Below are positions 1-13,849 of a DNA stretch of 64,000 nt, piece by piece. Source of the stretch: Amoebidium appalachense (Eukaryota > Protista > Ichthyosporea); NCBI GenBank assembly GCA_963693365.1, contig CAVNZM010000012.1, positions 8,374,001 to 8,438,000 on the forward strand, in the 5' to 3' direction. Position numbers and translations under genes: made by a program. Positions within the stretch are counted from its first letter, which is position 1. Each line of letters starts with the position of its first letter. Below the pieces are notes generated by a model. That model saw only the letters and a program-made list of their open reading frames with translations, was not told where the DNA came from and did no database searches.

Positions 1-35
<35 letters not shown>

Positions 36-124
36 TCATGAACACACACACACACACACATACACTCACTCATGCAGACACACACTCGCGCACGCACACA
101 CACACGCACGCGCACACACGCACA

Positions 125-181
<57 letters not shown>

Positions 182-204
182 CCATACACATGCACGCGTG
201 CGTG

Positions 205-247
<43 letters not shown>

Positions 248-294
248 GCTCGCTCGCTCGCTCGCTCGCTCGCTCATGCAGACACACGCGCACG

Positions 295-347
<53 letters not shown>

Positions 348-348
<1 letters not shown>

Positions 349-773
349 CGGACAATGACACCAACAAGCGGCTGAATGATGCCATCACGGCTGAGGGTCG
401 CATCTTCATTTCTCCCACCGTGCTCGGTAAGACCCCCCCCTCCCCCCCCTCCCCCTGCAAGGTAAGGTGTATACCTTGATGCATACTGTGTGTGTGCGTG
501 TGTGATTGTGATACATCCTTCAACTCTCCCTTCCACCCCCTTCCCCCCTTCCCCCCTTCCCCCTTCCTTTTCCCTCTTCTCAACCCTTTCACTTACGCCC
601 ACCCACCAACCCTTCAACCTCCCTTGGCCCTAAAACCAAGAATGGAAGATTCTTTGTCGCAGAGGAAAAAGCATAAGTTGTTTCGTTGTGTGTGGTTTGC
701 ACTCTGCATCGCCTTCTCCATTATGGATTTGTACTTCGTACTCTACATTACCTTCTAACATGCCCACCCCCCC

Positions 774-804
<31 letters not shown>

Positions 805-905
805 ATGCGCGCACACGCACGCACGTGAACACGCACACACAAAAAAATTACCCGACCATTCGTGTAACCTCCCGGGAGTCGTCATACCCCACATGTCCCC
901 CCCCC

Positions 906-940
<35 letters not shown>

Positions 941-1273
941 CCCCCTCTCCCAACTCCCCCATCTGCCCTAAAAAAAAGCCCTCCTGCCTGCCCACCCAGC
1001 CATCGTTTTGCTTTTCAGACTCCTGTTTGCCTGTCAAAGTTGTTTGAATAGCTCGTGGTTGCTAACAAAAAAATATACATGCACAAGTACACCGCCACAC
1101 ACCCACCCACACACGTGTGTGCGCACACACTCATGCACGCACACACACGTACACACACACACACAGGCGGCACCTTCACTCTGCGCTTTGTGCTGTGCAG
1201 CCCCGCCACTGAGAGCAGTCACGTGACCACGGCCTGGGAGACCATCCAGAAGCATGCGGCAGCCCTCCAATGA
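348..1273 (+). CDS. 3' exons (348-426, 1167-1273) of a group II PLP-dependent decarboxylase (aromatic-L-amino-acid/DOPA decarboxylase-like); 5' part lies outside the window
   Basis: Spliced translation [27 protein letters not shown]|[34 protein letters not shown] matches the C-terminal pattern of DDC/HDC/TDC proteins; GT-AG intron with consistent phase 1. Confidence 0.8.
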
Positions 1274-1994
1274 AAACACGCCAATCCTCGTTTTGCGTAA
1301 AGCGTATTTCCGGGGGGATTCTTGGAAATTTGTTAAGGAATTTGTTTTGTTTTTTCCCCATCGTTTTCCCATGTAGCACTGCAATAAGAACACACCGTCT
1401 AATTACCTCGTATAGCGGTTATTGGGGGGGGGGGGGGGGGGGTTCTTTTGAAATTTCGTGGGAGGATGTTGAGTTTTTCACCTTCTCATCTCAGGGGATG
1501 TCACTTGGAGATAAATGGGTGTCGATATGAGGCCTTTAGAAGCTGTTCCATATGAACCTGACGATGGTTCGTTCATTCGGCTGTAGCCGTCCCTTTGATA
1601 TTTCGATTTTCCATTTGGACTCAGCATTGTTCTTTTGCTAGTATAAAGAAGGTACCTGGTGTACTCCAGATAAATACCGGTGAATCGAACTGTTTCCGGT
1701 GTTTTTGGTCTGTGTTCAGTCAATATAAACCCCCTCCAAAAAAAATGGGAGGGGGAGACGGACCCGGGTGGGTTGGGTTTGGGGGGGGGGGGGGCTGTGT
1801 ATGCATAAAAACTGAAATAGAGAGAACCTGTGTACAACCATGGAGCCTTTGTGTTTGTGTGTGTGTGGGCGCGCGCGTGCGTCTCGATATATGTGCGAGT
1901 GTGTGCATGTGTCACGGTGTGTGCGTGTGTGTGAGGTTTTTTTCTCTGGGACTGTACCTGTGTGTGTGTGTGTGTTTGGGGGGTCGGAGGCTCT

Positions 1995-2028
<34 letters not shown>

Positions 2029-2166
2029 GGCTCCTCGAGCTCCCCCCTGCCTCACACTCACCGTCACTATATGTATACATCTGATGGCCACCTACAAAAC
2101 AATTGCAAAGGCCATCGCATTTGATTTTGATTATCGATTAGATCAAAAGGCGCCGCGGGTAGGACG

Positions 2167-2206
<40 letters not shown>

Positions 2207-2209
2207 TGT

Positions 2210-2295
2210 ATGTCTAGCTTGGCTAAGTCATTTTAAATTTAGCCTGTCGCAAGACAGAACGGTGTGAGCAGGTTCGATCCCTGGCACCGCCACTT
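2210..2295 (+). other. tRNA-like / Pol III B-box-containing element (possible SINE head)
   Basis: GGTTCGATCCC B-box in a CAGG/CCTG T-stem, enclosing CGGTG/CACCG stem, upstream CTGTC-GCAA-GACAG hairpin; no complete cloverleaf. Confidence 0.35.
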
Positions 2296-3561
2296 GGTTA
2301 CATATAGCGATCCTCTTTTATTAAATCGACCACTTTCGTTCAATTCCGTATAACATCTGGGCTACACACCCCATGGCACAAGTAAGGGTATCTGATGTAA
2401 GACTATCGGTACACTCTATATTGGAGGGTTTTCATTGGGGAGCCACTTTCATCCAATCCATCATTCCCCAGACCTGCATGGATAGGGGTGCATTGGTCTT
2501 CCCAGGCAGGCCTAGTCGCAGTATCCGCTTTCCAATCGGGCAAACCGAATGAGGATTCTTTGTCGAAGATGGATGCAAATGATTCGGTGGAGGAAGGCGA
2601 CGAATGTAGGCCTAAGTCGGAGTGGGAGGATAAGTATGAGCGCGAGTGTGCGTGCCTGCGTGCGCTGAGGGATAAGGCTCATCGGGAGAGGAACAAGTTT
2701 GTGGTGTGTAATTTGAGTGACATAAAACCGTGGCATGCAGCCATCGGAGAAGTCAGGTTCGGGTTAAACTCGGAGTGGACGTAGAAGAAGGTCACGGTTC
2801 GCATACTCCAGTTCTGCGAGGAATTGGCTTAGTGTTTGTGTGTGTATGGGTGTGAGTCGGGTGTGTGTGTGTTTGTGCGCGCGTGTGTAGGTGCATGTGT
2901 GATTTGGGTGTATGTGCATGTGTGCTCGAAGTTGGAGTCCTGGTTGAGAACATTAAGGGGGGCGGGGCACCCGGGGGGGGGGGGGGGGGGGGGGGGGGTG
3001 ATGGTGATAGTTCTATTTTTGTTTTTATTCGAGGTATTTTACTATTCATTATGGTATACTATATCTATTTTTATTTTATTTTTTGGGGGGTTTGGGGAGG
3101 AGGCTATTGAATTGTGCCTCTTAATGGAGAGAGATCCGGGATCCGAAGAGCCTTATTTCCCATCACGCCAGCGTGAGGGCATGTACATGTAGTGTTGCAA
3201 CACTTCTCAATTTAAAGGTATTTTAGGGTTTTATAAATTTGAAATTTTAAGGCGATTCTTTTTTTCTAGGCGCGATAATCACAATAGGGTTCACACAACA
3301 CACCACCACAAAAAACACGTTTGTTCGATACTACAGAATAAAACCTTTATCATTATGACCTCCCCATACGTGCACAAGTCATATACCTTTATGTTTGCTG
3401 AGCAAAAGTAAATCATTGTGGCTCTACTCTATCATACGTTTTTATGGGTTTTCTACTCTACTATGACTTTGATAATTTTGCCTTCCCTTTCCGTGCACGT
3501 GCAGAAGTGTTCTTTCGAGTTCTGATATTCGAGTTTGACAGTATGCCTTCTTCCCCCCCCC

Positions 3562-3592
<31 letters not shown>

Positions 3593-3711
3593 ACATACGT
3601 GCATCATTATTATTTATTATTAGTAACCCAATAGAATTCAGTAAGATCCATATTACTTGACATAATTACATATTTTTCGTGAGCTTTAACCCTTTATAAA
3701 TAACTCAATAC

Positions 3712-4258
3712 CTGATTGGATGGCGGTGTCGTTAATATTTCAAAGAGCTGGCTGTGTGCCGTCGGGGGGTATGCCAGCCACATCTTAAGCAGGGACGGTT
3801 CTGCATTACATTCACAACCCGTCAGAAGATGTCTTCCCCACCATCACCAGCTTTCCTCTAACTTCTATTCCTCTCCTTTTCTCGTAGCACACATGTACTT
3901 GAAGCACACACACGTACATATGTGTATAGCACACATACAAATGTCTACAACATACGTACATGCATGCATGCACATATGTGTAGCACACACGTACAAAAGT
4001 CTAACACACACGTACGTGCACACGCATATGTGAAGCGCACATGTACAGATATGTGGCACACACGTGCATCTGTGTACAAGGCTAAAGCAACAATAGAGGG
4101 GAGTGAGGAACTTTAAACAACTTGTTTTCCTTCAGAGCAGCGCAAATAACAGAGTATAAGTCAGTAGGGAAATCGTGTTGTTCTTACTTTTGGGGACTGA
4201 CAATTCTGTTATGACATCTCGATAGTCGGCTGAAAACAACTGCCTGGCCTCGTCAGTC
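3712..4258 (-). pseudogene. Two-exon relic (4258-4188, 3800-3712) paralogous to exons 4-5 of the SGNH esterase
   Basis: TDEARQLFSADYRDVITELSVPK vs DEQAREQFTADYHGLIAQLSKPK (both 71 nt, same splice sites); PSLLKMWLAYPPTAHSQLF vs PSLVKMWLAYPPTAHTHLF, but relic exon is 89 nt vs 87 nt (+2 frameshift). Confidence 0.8.
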
Positions 4259-4356
4259 CTGTACGCACGCACGCGCGTGTGTGCGTTTGTGTGTGTGTGT
4301 GTGTGTGTGTGTGGTGAGTGTGCGTGCATGCGTGCGTGCGTGCGTGTATGCATGCA

Positions 4357-4388
<32 letters not shown>

Positions 4389-4392
4389 TGTG

Positions 4393-4455
<63 letters not shown>

Positions 4456-5928
4456 TTGCGTGCGTGCGTGCGCGCGCGGGCGTGTGTGTGCACGCGTGGG
4501 TTAGTGGGTGTGTGCGTCCGTGTTTATAAGTGTGTGTGCGCGTGCGTGTGTGTCTGCCTGAGTGTATTTGTGTGTGCCCGTCCATGCGTGTGTGCGTGAG
4601 TGCCAAGCACTGGCAGTGCCCATATCTAGGGGCTTGTGTTTGTGCATGTGTGAGCATGTGTGTTCTTGGATGGGCGTGAGTTTCAGTTCACCTCTGTGGA
4701 TGTATCGTTGTTGTTCTTCCATATTTTTGCTTTACTCTTTGTTTTTCTACTCTTCGTTTTTCGTTGATCTTTTTTTGTGACACATCACGACAAATAATTT
4801 TCTCTCGATACTATGGTCACACCTTTTTGTGTTGGACGGAACTCTTTCGCACATGTGCCGTGGGTATTTCATATTCCAGCGACCGATATATGGTTATCAG
4901 GGCGGGCATGGTGGCTGATGAGATCTTGAGGGCTGAACCAATCAAAACGAAGAATAGAACTCAATAGATGCCGCCAGTTGTACGCAATCTAGATCTTCGG
5001 TCGTTATATATTACACACTTGAGTAAGCGTTTATTATGCAAATACATCACTGTTTTTCAATATTCTGTATTCATTTATATCGCCAACGTCTTCTTCGTGT
5101 CTCCGTATACCAACACTGAGCCATTTTTCTTCTTTTCTTCCGTCTAAATGTTTCCCTGTTCATCAGTCCACATTTCTAACCCTGGGCGATTTCGTAATAT
5201 ATATCATTCTCCCGCCAATCAAACGAAAGAATAGAATGCAATAGATTCAATAGATGCTGCCAGCAACTTGATCAGGCACCATCATAGGCCTCCAGGCCCT
5301 ACACTAAACTTGCCAGTTGCGAACTTGCGGGGCCCGGGGCAAGACTTTTCCTTTTCTTTTTCCTTTCTTTCTTTTCTTCTTCTTCCCTTTTTTTTTTTTT
5401 TTTTGGCCGAGCCCATCACCCTCCCAAAACTGATGGCCGCTAAAAGTTGCATGCGCACCGATTATTGTTGCTACATTAATGATTGTTATTTTTTCTGTTC
5501 AGTGAACTTATGTGTAATCGTGAAGGGGATACAAGAAAACATGGTCAGGCAGACGGCAGTGCAAAAACCTCCTTTCAGAATAGAACAATACATTTGGTGT
5601 TGGCACTGTTTGACTTACTACAAATAAAAAAGCAGTGGGGTTATGTGCTGTTTATTCGACTAGCGCTATAGGAGGCAAGTCTTCAATATTATATAGGGCG
5701 GTTTAAGTAATCTCAGCTTCTTATGTTTTGGAGCTTGTCTCAATAACAAAAGTCAATAACAATATGTAACGTGCCTCCCCCTAGCGTCTATTCATGATAG
5801 ATGCAAAGAGCCGACATGTCTTTAATTTTTTCTGTGGTCGCGTAAATACTGAAGAAAAAGGAGAGCTAATCATTAATGGGTTGCAAGGTCGCCCGATGTT
5901 TTTTGTGGTGTCCTCTGCTGCAATCTAG

Positions 5929-5981
<53 letters not shown>

Positions 5982-6008
5982 CACAAGTGCGAGTGCGTGT
6001 GCGTGTGT

Positions 6009-6081
<73 letters not shown>

Positions 6082-6391
6082 CGCGCGCGCGCGCGCGTGT
6101 GCGTGCACGCGTGCGTTTGTGTAGACACTGATGTGTGAGTGAGCGTCTAGGCGACTGAGTGTGCGTGTGTGAGTAGTGTAAAAACGTGCCGGAGTGTGCG
6201 TGCATGCGCATGTGTCCGATGTGTACCATCTGCCTTAAGGGCGCTCAAACCACCATGACGTCTACATTGATTCGTAGACCCATTATCTACAGCTAAACTA
6301 TGACGTGACTATACATTCGAGAAACTATTTACACAAAACATTAGCCCCCATCTATAACATCAAGTAAAGAAGCCCTGTACATGCATAAGTG

Positions 6392-7387
6392 TTATTTCGA
6401 GCTCCCATTGATCCAATCACGCACGGCCTTTGCCGCTGCTGCCGCCATTCTTGCGGTACCTCTTGCACACGGATGCACACCGTCACCCTTCAGCTTGCCC
6501 TCCCCATCCATGCAGAAACTGTGTTTAGAGGAAAAACCTTTGTCAGTTGCTCGAGATAATACGGGAGAAGAGGGGGAGGGGGATATCAGATACGGAGTGC
6601 ACATTCACGACAGACATCATGGTGTGGACCTTGCAAAGCAACCACAAAGAGTATGCACACTAAGCGAAGCCCATCCTCAATCCGGGGGGTGATAATTGAG
6701 TTACTCAATTCCCCTTTTCTAATTCCCCCCACCCCACGCCACCCACCCACCCACCCATCCAACCAACCACCCACACCCACCCACAGGTACTTACACCACA
6801 TGTCCTTATCCCTCCTCACTTCCCCAACCACGCACACCAAAGTGTGTTCTCTCACAAGCACACGTGCAGAGTTACTGCACATGCACACGCACGCACATTC
6901 GTACGCCATACTTACCGAGCCCACAGCTCAAAACCACACCACAGCATAAACATGCCATCACATTGAAAACTAAAGGTGTAGCCCCCACTTATCCACACTC
7001 TCCTCCTCGACCACACGACAGCCAAACCACAGCATAGATTCTAGGCACAACCACCATCCAATGATGCAACCCCGTTAACTTTAAAGTTTAACGTGCATGC
7101 ACCTGTCCACACTCTCCTCCTCTGCAATACCACAACCATAACACAGCATAAATCTAAACACACTCACCATCCAATGATGCAACCCCATTAAAATTTAACG
7201 TGTGCACCCACCTGTGCACGCTCTCCCCCTCTGCCGTCTCGGCTGCCAGAGCAGCCCTCATGTCGATGGTGCCCAGCCCCAGGTCAAAGGCTATGCGCTC
7301 AACTAGCGGCCGCACAACTGGGTTATAAAAATATTGATTAAAAAAATGTTTTTGTTTTATTACGCCATTTTTTTCTTTTGCCCCACA

Positions 7388-7426
<39 letters not shown>

Positions 7427-8395
7427 AATATGATACAGAGTACGAAGCACACATTCACGACGGACAAAACAATGCATGCAGATCATAAAGAGCACAAAAA
7501 GAGTATAAATCATAGAAGAGCCCATAATGGGAGGGGGGGACGAGTGCCCTGAGGGTGTACTTGAACGCTGGGAATCTGTTTGTGTCTAGAATTGTATGTC
7601 GGAAGTGGAAGGGGCAGGGGGAGCACGGTAGAGGATGGGAGGGGGGAGAGGGGGAGCACCATTTTTTTTTTTTTTGGGAGGGAGGATGGGGGGGGGGGGG
7701 GAGGGGGAGCAGTGAAACGCAAACTAGGGCAGCTGCACATAACTTATGTTCCATTTATCGTGTAGTGATGAAGCAAAAAAAGTTTACACAAGGGAGAGAA
7801 CAGGGGAGAAAGTGTCACAGGGACAGCGGAGGTGAATGCATAAGCTTCCGTGTGGTTGAGTGTTTGTGATGGTTGCGTTAAGTTCCACTACAAAGGCGGG
7901 AGAGGAGAAGGGGGGAAGGGGGGGGGAGACGGGGGGATATTAACCAATAACACATAACTTATGTTCCATTTATCGTGTAGTGATGAAGCAAAAAGAGGTT
8001 ACACAAGGGAGAGAACAGGGGAGAAAGTGTCACAGGGACAGCGGAGGTGAATGCATAAGCTTCCGTGTGGTTGAATGTTTGTGATGGTTGCGTGAAGTTC
8101 CACAACAAAGGCGGGAGAGGAGAAGGGGGGAAGGAAGGGAGAGGGGGGGGGTATTAACGAATAACACGTTGCAATAGATGTGGGGGATTTCAAAAACGAA
8201 CACAGAGAGAGCAACAAGAACAGTGCCGATATTGCGCGCGCGCACGCGCGCGCGTGTGTGTGTGTGCGCGTGTGCGTGTGCGTGCGCGCGCGCGTGTGTG
8301 TACTTGTTAGTGTGTATGTGTGTCTGTGCACAAGCGGGTGCTGCGGGTGAGTGCCTGTGTGCATGCATGTTCGGCTGTGTGTGTGCCTTTACATG

Positions 8396-8480
<85 letters not shown>

Positions 8481-10083
8481 CCTGTGTGTGTGTGTGTGTG
8501 CGTGAATGCATGCATGTGCACGCGTGTATCCGTGCACTTAATAGTGTGTATGTGTATATGCAAGCGTTTGCTTGTCACAGGCTGCGTGTGTGCACCTGCT
8601 GCAGCTGGGTGCCTGCGTGCATCCATGTTCGGCCGTGTGTGCGATTTTAGTGTTAGCATGCGTGTGTGTGTGTCTGTGTGTAATGTCTGCTTTTGTTCGT
8701 GTGGTGTATCCTTCCCTACATAAATATACTGCATATATGCACGGGCAAACCAACAAAACAAATCCCACCACCAATCATATACCTGACTGTAGTTCGTTAT
8801 CATCAATGTCAAACAGGTGCGTGTGTGCCGTGGGGGGGTATGCCAGCCACATCTTAACCAAGGACGGATCTGTAAATCCACACATGATGTCAGACATTGA
8901 CTAACCTGTCCCCCCCCCCCCCCCCCCCCCCCCCCCCACCCTCACCTCCCCCTTCTTCTCCCCTCTCCCCCCCCCTCCCCCCCTCCCCCCCAACCACTAC
9001 CACACACACACACGCCCTGCGCATCCCACCAACACTTCCACTTGTCTCTTTCGTGAATGCCCCAACGAGCCACACGTGCACACCGAATATAGATAGCAGG
9101 GATACACACCAAGAACATGAGAATGTTTGCCCCCCCCCCCCTCCCCCCCCCCCCCCCCACCCCCCACCCCACCCCTAAAAAAGAAATTTTCTTTTTTGTA
9201 AGAACACGAACTGTTAAGAGATAAGAAAGTAAATATGGTCACACCAGGAGAAAGGAGAGGACGAGAGGAGAAAAGACCACGTTCTTACTTTTGGGCTTTG
9301 AAAGCTGTGCAATAAGTCCGTGATAGTCAGCTGTAAACTGCTCCCGTGCTTGCTCGTCCCTGTGTGTGTGTGGACAAACCCCCCCAGCAAGGGAGGAAAG
9401 AGGGGAAAGAATGGGAGGGGGGAGAGGAGGCGGACGGAGAGGGGGCGGGAAGCGGAGGGGGGGGGAAGAGGGTCGAGAAGGCTTGTCAGAGAACTTTCTA
9501 GTCCACATTCACGATGGACAACACATTGCAGATTGTAAAGCACATACAAGAGTAATCTATCATAAGCAGAGCCCATCATCAAGGGCGGCTCAAGTCATCC
9601 ACAGTACCCGAGTTTCGACTCATTCACCTCGTCAACGAAACCCAACTCAGATACTACCTCACACGCACATGGGCGAATCACCCGTCGTAGCGCGTGGGGG
9701 GATGGGGAGGCGGGCGCGGGGGGGGGGGGGGGGGGGGGGGAGGGGGGGGCAATCCTTGCCATTTTTTGAGCTTTGAGTCGTTTGTGCCGAGCATGAGGAT
9801 GACCAGGTGGGGGCTGAAGGCTTTGGCCGCTGCAAACTCAGCACTGGTCCAGTAGGAGAGCTGCGCACGGTCACCCCCCCACTGCACAAAAACACTGTCA
9901 GATATCAGATACCAAAAAAAAAAAAAAAAAAAAAAAAAAGAAAAGAAAAAAGGCGGGGAAAAGGGGGAAAATTTTTCCTTCACCTTGTGGTCTGGCCAGA
10001 AAAAGCACCCCCCTCCCCCCCCCCCCCTCCCCTCCTCCCACCAACCCCGACACAGGGCGCGCTCTTTCGACCTTTTCAGACAG

Positions 10084-10121
<38 letters not shown>

Positions 10122-10981
10122 CCTTCACTCGCAACTCCCTCCCCCCTCCCCCACCCTCCCCCACCCGTGTGTTCTTTTGAGACAAAATATTCTTGCTACC
10201 GAGGGTCCATAGGACCATGTAGGGAGGAAAGGCCTGAATTAGTGTCGTTCAAAGAGTTCCAAGAAGAAGGGGAAGGGGAAAGAGGTGAAAGGGGAAAGGG
10301 GAAAGCAGCGAAGGAATTTATTGGGTGGGTGGGGATAGGAGGGACTGGTGAGCGGGAGAAGAAGGAAGGGACAGGGGGACAGCCTAAAAACCTAGGCAAT
10401 TCAAATGGAAAACTGTATGAAACGGGGGCAAAGAGTGGGTGGGTGGGTGGGTCAGGGAGGGGAGAGGGGGTGGGGGGGTCAGAGGGGAAGGGGACTGTGA
10501 GAATGAGCAAGACGATAAAGAGAGCAGAAACCCCCATAACAAGCCTCCGCAACTCACCTGAGAGTCATATGGTTTCATTGCCGTTGCACCCCTTAAACCG
10601 AAATTTCCCACCTTAAGCTCCACCCCCATTTTCCTCTTCACCAACCCACTAAGTGCCTCCTGTAACATCATTGGATAGTTTCCGCGATCGGGGCCGTTCT
10701 TAGGAATGATTGGTGGATCGAGGTGCGATCCGTTCCCATATGTGATGCTGTCTCTGTGGGGTGTCGTAACACGTGTTAGTGCCATTATCGAGGGATGTGA
10801 TTAGACAGAGGGCTGGGGTTGGGGTGACTTGCATTAAGATATTGGTTAGAGTGGAGAAACGGGGGGGGGGGGGGGGGGGGGGGAGAGAGAGAGAGGGGGG
10901 GGGGGGGGGGGGAGAATGGGGGGGGGGGGGGGTATAGGAATGATTTACGAGAGAGGGGAGGAGGGTGGTCAAAGGGGCCAA

Positions 10982-11015
<34 letters not shown>

Positions 11016-11984
11016 CAAAATGTGTTGGATAGACGACCGGATATGCAATCAAAAAGGTCAGGTTTAGGTGCTTTCCTCTCCCCTGCCTCCTTCTTCTCCC
11101 TCCTGACCCCCCCCCCCCCCCCCTCCCCTCCCCCCCCTTCCCACCCTGCCCCCCCCTCCCCCCCCCCCTCCCCCCCCTCCACCACCACCACCACACACAC
11201 ACACACACCCTGCCCCATCCCCTGTTAAACCCCTTCCCCCCTTTCACCTCGTGCTTTAACCCTCCCCCCCCCCCCCTCCCCCCGCCCCTTTCCACCTCTT
11301 CCTCCCACCCCTTTTTGAACCCTTTTCCCAGACGCTTTCCTCCCCACATTTCCTTCTATCCTCTCCCTCTGTCGTCTTGTTTGCCCTTCCCCCCCCCCCC
11401 CCCCCCCCCTCCCCCCCTCCCCCTTCCCCCTCTCCCCGGGGCCTCCCTGTGTGCCGCCTCCCTTCTTCCCCACCGCCCCCTCTCTCCCCCTCCCCACACA
11501 CACACTTTGTACCCCCCTCCCCCCCCCCCTCCCCCCCCCCCAAAAAAAACCAAAAAAAAAAAAACCATCACTCTGCCCCTATCTGTCTTTGCTCGCTGCC
11601 ATTTTTCTGATCTTCCTCTTCGGAGGCCCCCATGGCCCCCTCTAGCCTCCTCCGCCCGCCGGTAACCCCCCGTCAACCCCCTCCTCCCCTCCGTGTTTTT
11701 TTTTTTTTTTTTTTTTTTTTGAGTTCTAAGGGCAGACTGGCTGGTTGCACAGGGCAGCAGCACTACCCACCCCCTTTCCTCCTTTGGTTTGCCCACAAAC
11801 ACGCACCGACATAATATAACCAAGGCCCACTAAAGTCATGATGCTGCTTCGGTGATGTAAGTTTGGTGTAGCCTTAAGTCGAAAAAGGGGGGGCGGGGTG
11901 GGGAGGGGGGGAGCGGGGGTGAGGGGTAGGGGGGAGGAGGGAGGAAGGATGGGGGATGTAGGGGGCCAGGCAGGGCGGGGGGCG

Positions 11985-12018
<34 letters not shown>

Positions 12019-12322
12019 AGGGAAAGGATTTAAAAGAGAGATCTAGAGGTCAAGGGTAACAGGAGGTCAGAGGTGAAACGACAATAAGTAGGGAAAAGTT
12101 TGCCCCAGTAAAAAAACCAAGAATGAATGCCTCGAGCTCTAGAAAAAAAGAAAACACTTACCCCACACAGGCAATTCTTAACTCACTGTCTTGACTGGCC
12201 CAAAACTGTAGCTTTAAAAACAGAAGACCTATAAGCACCATCACGCCCACATACCACCTCTCACGCGCTAGCATATACCATGTCCTCATGTTGGTGCGGC
12301 TGTTGTAATCTGGTGATGCCAT
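6392..12322 (-). CDS. SGNH/GDSL-family esterase with N-terminal hydrophobic anchor/signal; exons 12322-12162, 10753-10558, 9881-9760, 9359-9289, 8869-8783, 7317-7212, 6518-6392
   Basis: All SGNH blocks recovered after splicing: RIACVG|DSITYG (block I), NFGLRGAT (II), ILMLGTNDSK (III), DGVHP (V); intron phases are consistent. Confidence 0.88.
6585..6690 (-). repeat. Diverged partial copy of intronic structured repeat family
   Basis: Minus strand TTGAGGATGGGCTTCGCTTAGTGTGCATACTCTTTG... aligns with the 3' half of the 49427 copy. Confidence 0.6.
7421..7570 (-). repeat. Diverged partial copy of intronic structured repeat family
   Basis: Minus strand ATGGGCTCTTCTATGAT...ATACTCTTTTTGTG...GAATGTGTGCTTCGTACTCTG matches the family 3' half. 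Confidence 0.6.
7737..8170. repeat. Intronic tandem duplication, 2 x ~216 bp
   Basis: CATAACTTATGTTCCATTTATCGTGTAGTGATGAAGC... occurs at ~7737 and ~7953 with near identity. Confidence 0.9.
9478..9695 (-). repeat. Near full-length copy of intronic structured repeat family
   Basis: Minus strand GACGGGTGA...AGTATCTGAGTTGGGTTTCGTTGACGAGGTGAATGAGTCGAAACTCGGGTACTGTGGATGAC...GATGGGCTCTGCTTATG. Confidence 0.85.
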
Positions 12323-13613
12323 GATGCCGATGTCACGGTGACATGCACAATAAGGGATGTCTGACTAACTGAGAACGACACTACAGAGCTATAGTATTTG
12401 CAGAGTAGATTTGACGAGCAAACGTAATGGTTTAGTATTTAACTAGGGAAATTAAAGCTAAGATGTGAAGGAGAATATGGATGGCTGCTTATTATCGTTC
12501 TCTATTCCCCGTAGATATAAACTCAAAAACAGTTAACCATTACGGAGGCGGGAAATCCGATGTGTGGTTGTGTAGCCTAGTCTGCTGCACAATTTGTGTG
12601 ACAGATGCTATATTCTGGCCAGTAGGGAAGCATATAACGTAAGAATACATGCCCAAACAGCCCTCAAAGAAAATTTTTACTCACGAAATCACGAGAAACT
12701 TTGGCACGCTATGCATATGGTTTGTTTTTTTTTCGTTTCTCTTCTCTCTTGTTTTTTTTTTTTTTGGTTGTTTGCATCGGTCCGTTGCCGGCCCGGCCGG
12801 CTCGAGCCTCATGTGAACATAAATATTTACGTCAACCAATCATCGACTATTTGATTGAGCCAGCGATAATGTAAATGTGTGATATTAACATCTTTAAACC
12901 AATTTTTGTCCGTAGTTGGTTTTTATAGGTAAAACAATAAAGGCATTTAAAGCTGATGGCGAATAGATAAAGCTTTTGTGAAAGGCCTTGGTCGCTCATG
13001 GTACCAGTAGTCTTCTCAGCTCGGCGAAACAGAATCCATGACCGACTTCGTGATTTTCTTTAGTCTGATAGTGTCCACTAGTTTCGTTCTGTATATTTAG
13101 AGTCAAAGGGCTGCATCACTCAGACTAACTATGTTTGATTGGCTGCGCTGGAAAACGCAGACAAAGTGCATATAACCCCCTGGACTCAACCGTCGAAACA
13201 AAACTTGCGCCAAGTTGCCACCGTGAGATCGAGGAAGGAATGATGGTAGCCTTGCTATAGTAGGCTTGCTTCGTTTAGGGTTACTAGTCTGTTTACACAG
13301 CGGTCGGGACACGTATTTTATAGTTATTGTCTTGTCTATAATGATCACTTCTTTGGGCGTAGAGCACTAACTGGGAGACGTACACCCAACTGTTCCAAGC
13401 CTCTGATCACCCGTTCCAAACTCAAGAATTTCAACTCCAAGGGCCTCCAGGGCCAACGTCAAGCTGCCTGCCATCCAGGAAGTAAGTAAAATTATCGGTC
13501 GTTCACGAATGCCTTTGAACTGACCTTGTGTGCTTGATGCGGTTGACTTCTTTATCAGCCTGGATTAGCCTGGCGTTGTTGTGCATCACCCCATGCAACT
13601 CTGCTTGGTTCTA

Positions 13614-13849
<236 letters not shown>

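Noticed and set aside
2210-2295. tRNA-Sec candidate (variable-arm-like CTGTC/GACAG hairpin)
   Set aside because: No UCA anticodon loop, no acceptor-stem pairing with the 5' end, wrong arm spacing.
13330-13480. Coding first exon of the PIP kinase
   Set aside because: The frame that would join ATG 13992 contains a TGA with no later ATG; more likely a 5' UTR exon.
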